This document shows positions 23,171-30,375 of a stretch of DNA of 30,375 nt, one piece after another. Position numbers and translations under genes: made by a program. This stretch comes from Adineta steineri (taxonomy: Eukaryota): NCBI GenBank assembly GCA_905250115.1, contig CAJNOI010000130.1:171135-201509 (forward strand). Reading direction: 5' to 3'. The notes beneath the pieces are model-generated. The model was not told the DNA's origin and searched no databases. It saw nothing but the letters and a program-made list of their open reading frames with translations. Positions within the stretch are counted from its first letter, which is position 1. Every line of letters begins with the position of its first letter.

Positions 23171-25641
23171 GATAGTTTATTGAATATTCAGTCTTTTTCA
23201 TACTTGAAAATTATGTTCAGGTAGTATTAATTTCATAATAAAATAATTAGTAATTGGTAAAAAAAATGTATTATTATATATTCAAACATTGTTTCAAATG
23301 TAGAAAAGAAAAAAAAGACCAAAGACAAAAGAATTCTTTTTTTCGTCAATATGGAATTTTTTAATTGAATATGCAAAATAATTATTTGCTAGCAAATTCA
23401 AATAGTTAAAATCTAATCAAAACCAATCTAATGCATCAGGCTTAATCCTTGATGAGCTTGCTATAGGTTTATTGATATTTAAATTTATTTTATCATTGAT
23501 TATAAACTTTATATGTACGATTTTTTAAATCATGAGCAACAATAAACAAATGAAAAGATTTTATTCCGCGAAGAGAAGGTTTTCGTTGTTAATATTGATG
23601 TAAAAATTACGACAAAAACAAGTAAAACACAAACATAAAAATATATACTTCAATTTTTTTTTAGTTCTATTTTTCAGATTTAACATGCTCAATAGAAGAA
23701 TACAATCAATCGTTCATACATAGTATTTAATGAATTCGTTATATTTAGTCAAATAATTAATTTACAAAAAATTTAGAAGTATTCATAATCTGGTTAGAAT
23801 ATGTTTACTTTTTAAAATTCCTATTTGTATAGAGCAGTTAAAGTCAAAATCGATTCATACATGACTGTCAATATTTCATTTGATAGTACATCAAAATGTA
23901 TATTTAACAAGATTGGAAAAGTTAAAATTGTTAGGAATTCTGAACTTGAATTGACTATCGACTTGTGAATGTCATTGATAGAGCAAAACCACCTCACCTT
24001 CACTTGCCTGCCAACTGTAATACACAATGAATTTTTCAATCATTCAAACATACATTCAAATACACTTTTTTTCTATTGTCGAAGCCAAACTTTTGATTAA
24101 AATGATGAATTTGTTTATTCAAAACATGAAATTTACATTAGATGTCCGAATCCGTTGAAATGGGCTTCTTATTGATTATTTTCATTGTATAAAACATACA
24201 TATATACATGTTTTTACTTTATTCACTTCAGATCGAAATCAGCTACCAATCCCGTGATATTATACATAATGGTAGGCGGACAACACTTCGACTCGTTATC
24301 AGATCCAGCATCGCCCAACCATGCAAGTCATTCTTCTATCCAGCGGATTGTCTGGGCAGAGGATGATGATAATAATCAGTAAGTACAATATCGATTTCAA
24401 GATGTTTATATATCTCATCTTGTAATGACAGAACTGATCAAAAGAAGTCCGTTGGCTGGCATCTGTGTTTGAAATGCTGTGTTATTGGATCATTACTAGC
24501 TGGAATAGGTTTAGCTATTGTACTCACATTCTGGTTGACCTCGAAAACAACTGCAACGGAAACATTAAGTATGTCATAATTAAAATTATCGTTTTCATGT
24601 TGATTATTTTGTCTTTTTGTTCATCACATGGAAGAAAAAAATAATTGCTCTTCTTAAGTGTATGGCCAATTTCGCCTTCTAAATAGTGATGTTAATAGAT
24701 AGAATCGAGATCTAAAACTGTGGATCAGTCATACGCTTGTATCTTTTACAACCCATAGGTTATATCGATTTTAACTATAGTTCTTACTTAGTTTTCGACA
24801 AATTTCTTGGAAAAAATAACACTTTCAAAATCTTTATTATACAGTTTAATATGTGTTGATTTCCTATTTCCACTGGTGTAAATCGTAGATCTCTATTACA
24901 TTGCATTCAACAGTTATAAGCATTTTGTCCAACTGTCCTTTTCTAAAAAATTGATAATAGCTGATCAATTGATCTGCATGTGTTAATTGAACGGATAGTT
25001 CATCAATTGAATTCAATGACTAAAAGGAACGATTTGTTATCGTTGCACTCAAGATTTTCGACCGATCCATCTTCACCAGTTACCTCGTCCAATTGATAAT
25101 AGTTTGTGAGCAATATCATAATGAAATCGAACAAAGTATCTTTTAGAGTAAGCAAGTCATCCATTTCTAAGAGAAATATTTGACAAGTGTTGATGATTGG
25201 TAAAGATTTATTAAGAAATTTCAATGACAGCTGGAACCATGGTGTTTTATTTTTCGTTCACTAGCTTCAGAGAATAAAAACCTTTTGTTCTGAAATCATA
25301 GAAGAATTATCATCTCTTTCAAACTATATTAGTAAGCTGTTGCGATGATATTTGACTTAGTCTAATGCCTTTTTGTTCTTTCAAATATATGATTTTTAAT
25401 TGTAATTTATGATTTCATGCTTTTTTAGTCTCGACAACATTAACAACAATATCAACAACATCAGCAACAACATCAACATCAACAACATCAACATCGACAT
25501 CAACATCGACATCAACATCAACATCGACATCAACAACATCAACATCAACATCAACGTCAACATCATCGACATCAACATCGACATCGACATCGACATCAAC
25601 AACATCAACGTCGACATCGACATCAACAACCGCAATACCAG
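23168..25641 (+). repeat. Segmental duplication, second copy of 12497..15070
   Basis: See above. Confidence 0.85.
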
Positions 25642-27353
25642 GTATGGGACGTATAGTTCTCTCGAATAGACAGTAGTACGAACGTAGTTTTTATGTATGA
25701 AGGGTGTGGATGTAGGTGTCAGTATAAGACACAGAGATATTCACATCCACACCCTCAGCCATCCATACCCACCCACATTCACATCCAGACGCTCACCCAC
25801 ACCCCACTCCAGCTCTTTCTTCCAAGCTCTCCTACTCTGTAAAACGTCGGCTTCATTATTCCGTTCTAACATCTCGTTTTTTACCGAGTTCCAGATTGAA
25901 TTAACGATAGCTTTCAGGAAAAAAATATAGAATGCAAAAATTCAAAGTCCATTTAAATCTCATCTCTTCCTAGAGCGAGCAAATAAGATTTAAAAGAAAA
26001 ACAATGATTATAGGCCAGGGAAGGCCATTTTAATTGTATTTATTCATCTTAAGCCAAATGTTCCAACAACAACAACAACCAGATTCAGCTGGGTCTGATA
26101 CGCTTCTGGAGAAACTAGTTGAGGGAGTTGTCGAAAGAGTGATTGACAGTGATATTAAAAGGGTTCTTCAGATGATTTATCGAAAGCTTTCGGAATAACT
26201 ATCGAGAGAAGTGTGGAAAGAGTTGCTGAAGTGGGTTTCGAAACAGTTCTTGAGAAAGTTGTCAGCTTGGTGAGAAGTGTTTTGATCAAAATCGGACTAT
26301 TTTTAAACATCAAAAATATAATAGACTAAAAACATATTAGTTATTTCTTAACAAAATTTTGGTAGAAGCGTTAGTGAAAACGTTTTAGATTATAATCTCG
26401 TTTTAAACTACTCTACGACGAAAACTATTTCATAGAAGATTCTTAGAAATATTTCACATGTAAACCAGATGACTACTACATTTGAATATTCCTTTCTAGT
26501 GTGGGTACTTACTGGCAGCATGAACACTGGACGATATCATCACACAGCATCCATATTGGCAAACGGAAATGTCTTAGTGGCTGGTGGATACAATGGTGCC
26601 TTTTTGAGTAGTGTAGAATTGTATGATACATCTACTGGAGTCTGGACAACTACTGGCAATATGAACACTATACATGACATTCACACAGCATCTATATTGT
26701 CAAACGGAAATGTTCTAGTTGCTGGTGGGCAGGATAGTAGTGGTCCCGCAGTGAGTGGTGCAGAAGTGTACAACCTATCCACTGGAGTCTGGACAACTAC
26801 TGGCAGTATGAGTACTGCACGCTTTTTTCACACAGCATCCATATTAGGAAATGGAAATGTCTTAGTTACTGGTGGATACGATGGTAGTTTTTATTTGAGT
26901 AGTGCAGAAGTGTATAATCCATCTACTGGAGTCTGGACAACTACTGGCAGTATGAGTACTGCACGAGAAGTCCACACAGCTTCCATATTGGCAAATGGAA
27001 ATGTCCTAGTTACTGGTGGATACGATGGTACTACCGTACTGAGTAGTGCAGAAGTGTATAATCCATCTACTGGAGTCTGGACAACTACTAGCAACATGAA
27101 CACTGCACGAGAAGTCCACACAGCATCCATATTGGCAAACGGAAATATTTTAGTTGCTGGTGGATTCAATGGTGCCTTTTTGAGTAGTACGGAAGTGTAT
27201 AATCCATCCACTGGAATCTGGACAACTACTGGCAACATGAACGGTGTACGGGCATATCACACAGCATCTATATTGACAAATGGAAAAGTCTTAGTTGTTA
27301 ATGGAAAGCATAGTAGTAGTACTTATTTGAGTAGTACAGAACTATATGGATGA
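24269..27353 (+). CDS. Gene C: type II TM protein with Ser/Thr stalk and kelch/galactose-oxidase-type beta-propeller; join(24269..24378,24432..24568,25429..25641,26500..27353), 437 aa
   Basis: Exons 1-3 are homologous to gene B (MVGGQHFDSLSDPASPNHASHSS...; GWHLCLKCCVIGSLLAGIGLAIVLTFWLTSK; ST stalk). Stalk donor CCAG|GTATGG and acceptor TTTCTAG|TGTGGG join in phase 1 to VWVLTGSMNTGRYHHTASILANGNVLVAGGY.... Six repeats of VWTTTGxMxTAReVHTASILaNGNVLVtGGYdG..LSSAEVYNPSTG. Total 1314 nt. Confidence 0.68.
25701..25808. repeat. Telomere-like hairpin with C-rich tail, just downstream of the gene C stalk
   Basis: AGGGTGTGGATGTAGGTGTC...TCACATCCACACCCTC, then CATACCCACCCACATTCACATCC..CTCACCCACACCCC. 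Confidence 0.72.
26058..26198 (+). other. Small 46-aa ORF or alternative exon within the stalk-to-kelch intron of gene C
   Basis: ATG..TAA: MFQQQQQPDSAGSDTLLEKLVEGVVERVIDSDIKRVLQMIYRKLSE*, amphipathic; a related heptad-like stretch follows in another frame. Confidence 0.3.
26500..27353 (+). CDS. Kelch-like repeat exon (six units of about 47 aa)
   Basis: Tandem HTASI(L)xNGxVLVxGGxxG...SSxEVYxxSTGxWTTT repeats; nearly identical at nucleotide level between units 3-5. Confidence 0.93.
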
Positions 27354-29887
27354 CGATGATTCAAGTGGAAAGTTCTTTATTAAACTAAAACTTGAAATGT
27401 ATTAATATATTTAATCTTCGATGCTTTGAAAACACTAATGTGCCATTCGCGCAGCATTCAGTTATTGCTTCTCTCTTTTTCTTTTGCGTGTTATTAATTA
27501 TCACTTTTGTCTGCTTTTCTCTCTTTTTCATCATTGATATGTATGTCGATCGTTGTCTTACATACGATTCTTTCTTTATGCGTTTCTCTTTTTACATTTC
27601 ATTCTCAATAACTTATGCGACCTCTTTTTTCGAGATTTATTGTGTTTTTTAATAAATTCTAGAACTTATTTGTTTAATCGGAATTATTGCATTTTCTCGA
27701 TAAATTTCGGAATTTATCGAATAACTTTGAAAAAAAGAGACAACATATCATCAGTTTATCATCAGTTTCAGAATTGTATTTGATCTGATATAGATTTTCT
27801 TCCCATTGGCTTATTGCTTTAAAAAAATTCTTTTCCTTTTCATAATAAATATTGTTTACTATTCTTAATTAACATCAATATATTCTATATTATTTGCCTT
27901 TTATTTAATGATACTGTCTTTGAAATGTGATAATAGATAAAGATTTTGAGTTACAGTAGCTGTGTTAAAATTGTCGAAGGATTATCTAAAGGAATAATTA
28001 AATATGTATTCCAATAGATATATAAAATAACAATTTTCGACATATAAACGAAAAATGATACAAAAGCATAAAATATTTGCATAAATAGAAAAGTAAGAAG
28101 AACATGTAATCAATAATAATTAAATAGTTTTATATATCATTTGTTTTAAATGTTTTGAGTTTTATTCAGTTATTTGAGGTATTTCAATAACAAAATATTT
28201 TATTTTATTTTTCCGAATTTTTCTCTTTGTTCGGCTCACGTATTAGTAATATTGGGCGATCGAGTTCTTTTATTTGTTCTTTTTAATTTGGCTGATGGTA
28301 GTGAAACATAAGTATTAGTTATTTTTATCCATTTATTATTTATATTATCAAACAAGTTGAATGTTTTGATTTAATACCAGAGGTTTAAATCCATTTGTTT
28401 TCACTAGTTAGATTCAATACATCCGTATGTAAATTAGTATTAAAAACAGATAGCAACACAAGCCTATCTTGTTGAGTACTGCCGGTGACAAATTGATAAG
28501 CTTTTATAATGAAACAACAAGAGAAGATCCAATAGTGCTCGCATCCATTCAAGACTACTGGTAGTAGACGGGTATCTCTCTCCATCCAGGAAAACGAGCG
28601 TTCGCCACATTGTTTATGGATCATATGTAAATCTAGAAGTGTCAAATGATTATAGTTAGAAATTAAAATATTTATCTACCTTGATTAGAGAAAGAAGATA
28701 TGTTTGCTTTGTACCAACTTCCAAAATGGTTCTCTTAATGAGATCAGCCAGCGTAGAACTTGATATTTCTAAAAATATTTCAACTTGGTATGTTGATTAT
28801 TAGGTTGTCAACATTATTACGAACTAATCGAATGCGACAGCAACCATCATCATCAACTACAGATAAACAAAAAAAGAGATTATTAGAAAATGGCATCTAT
28901 TTAAGCACAAAGTAAAAATATATAAATGCAAAATTGATTTCTGCTAAGTAAAATTTATATATACTTAGTAAATAGCTTGGATGTTCAATAAACTGACTGA
29001 AATAATGCTCAATTAAAATATTTTCTTAATTCATTTATTAATATATAAGTTAAATATTTAATTATTAGGTTAATCTATTGAATTGATCGATAAAAAAATA
29101 CATTTAGTGAGTAGAAGACACAAATTAGTTAAGGAAGAAAAGAACTGACAAGTCGTTATTTTTCGTTCGGTTTTTCGAGATCATTTCCTTTTATACACGT
29201 CACATATACTCGGATTCTTTCATTTCTTGAGGAATGAGTGTGTGTGAATGTCATATACATTCGCACTTACACCACGACCACCATTATGCCTTTCTTCTCG
29301 AACTATATGCATTTTATTGAATTCTCAGACTATAGCAGAATAATAAGAAAAAAAATTGACAACGAGGAATATTTATATGAAATTTCATTCAAGAATAGAT
29401 CTCATGGTTCTTATAATAATCTAATGGTTTCACCTCAAACAACTATTCATCTACATCCATCATACCCTCACTTTTACTTATTAAATCATTGTTTGATTTA
29501 TTTGTATCTATTTGGTATTGATAAAACTCTATTTTTTACTGATAAAGGTTGAAATTTTTACAGGTACTTATATCTAATAAAGTGATCACTTCACAATTAT
29601 TTTTTGGTGATTCCAATATTGACCGTGTGTACATCTATTACATTGATCACTTCAATGGTAGTCATGAATATATCTGACATTTATATTCATATTTACTTTG
29701 TCTTTAAAAGAATGTGTATTCAGTTTTACTAATAATAAGATGTTTTTTTATTGACAACTACTGTTCGAATGGTATTTTATTTAGTTAATAATAATTTTAC
29801 AAAAGCATTTAAGATTAAGTAGTTTGATTACAACATTAAAATTTATAATTCAGTCAAAAAATCAAAATATAGTTATAAAGATTTCAA

Positions 29888-30375
29888 TCAATAAAGTTCA
29901 GCACTATTAAGAGCATTATTACCATTATATCCACCAGTAACTAATACTTCTCCATTTCCTAATATGGATGCTGTATGAGTATATCGTGCGACACTCATGA
30001 TTCCTGTAGTTGTCCAACTACCTGTTGTTAGATCATATAATTCAGCACTACTGAGAAAACCATCATCGTCAGCTCCACCAGTAACTAATAGTTTTCCATT
30101 TTCTAATATACATGCTGTATGAACGTATCGTACACCACTCATGTTTCCTGTAATTGTCCAACTACCTATTGTTGGATCATATAATTCAGCACTATTGAGA
30201 GAAGTAATATCATTATATCCACCAGTAACTAATACTTTTCCATTTCCTAATATAGATGCTGTATGATCTTGTCGTGCAGAATTCATGTTTCCTGTAATTG
30301 TCCAACTTCCTGTTGTTGGATCATATAATTCAGCACTTTTGAGAGAAATAATACCATTATACCCACCAGTAACTA
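29888..30375 (-). CDS. Second kelch-like repeat protein, 3' end only (5' part beyond window)
   Basis: Frame remains open to the window edge: [72 protein letters not shown]...NALNSAELY*. Stop at 29888-29890. Confidence 0.9.
   Translation of the reverse strand, partial: VTGGYNGIISLKSAELYDPTTGSWTITGNMNSARQDHTASILGNGKVLVTGGYNDITSLNSAELYDPTIGSWTITGNMSGVRYVHTACILENGKLLVTGGADDDGFLSSAELYDLTTGSWTTTGIMSVARYTHTASILGNGEVLVTGGYNGNNALNSAELY

Noticed and set aside
26891-27238. Minus-strand 115-aa ORF in the kelch exon
   Set aside because: Antisense of a strongly supported kelch repeat array; periodicity is inherited from the sense strand.
1-30375. CRISPR array, prokaryotic operon or phage defence island
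   Set aside because: No regularly spaced direct repeats with unique spacers; abundant GT-AG introns and AT-rich eukaryote-like organisation.

Overview
AT-rich, intron-containing eukaryotic DNA, most consistent with a bdelloid-rotifer (Adineta/Rotaria-like) subtelomeric or accessory region. This assignment is an inference from repeated TGTGGG-like motifs, short introns and foreign-looking intronless domains. The window is not prokaryotic and I see no CRISPR array, rRNA or tRNA. By joining the supplied ORFs across GT..AG introns and checking phase by hand, I reconstruct a set of modular, probably membrane-anchored proteins: (A, +) pentapeptide-repeat protein + Ser/Thr stalk + 8-Cys domain (447 aa); (B, +) type II TM anchor + Ser/Thr stalk + the same 8-Cys domain (245 aa); (C, +) the same type II TM anchor + Ser/Thr stalk + six-unit kelch/galactose-oxidase-type propeller (437 aa); (D, -) N-terminal Cys-containing exon + Ser/Thr stalk + FG-GAP/VCBS-like repeats, interrupted by one in-frame TAA; (E, -) nine-exon TM-anchored laccase-like multicopper oxidase (932 aa). 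In A-D the stalk-to-ectodomain junction is a phase-1 intron, as is the linker-to-laccase junction in E. Gene B is a mosaic: 5' half like C, 3' half like A, with the switch in the ACATCA-type stalk microsatellite. Several homology boundaries coincide with 55-95 bp hairpins whose arms are TGTGGG-like. A 620-bp foldback MITE flanked by TAA occupies an intron of gene A, and the duplicated intron in gene B provides its empty site. A second kelch gene (-) runs off the right edge. I consider the modular ectodomain swapping and its link to the stalk microsatellite and telomere-like hairpins the most novel content. All gene models are hand-made and need transcript support.
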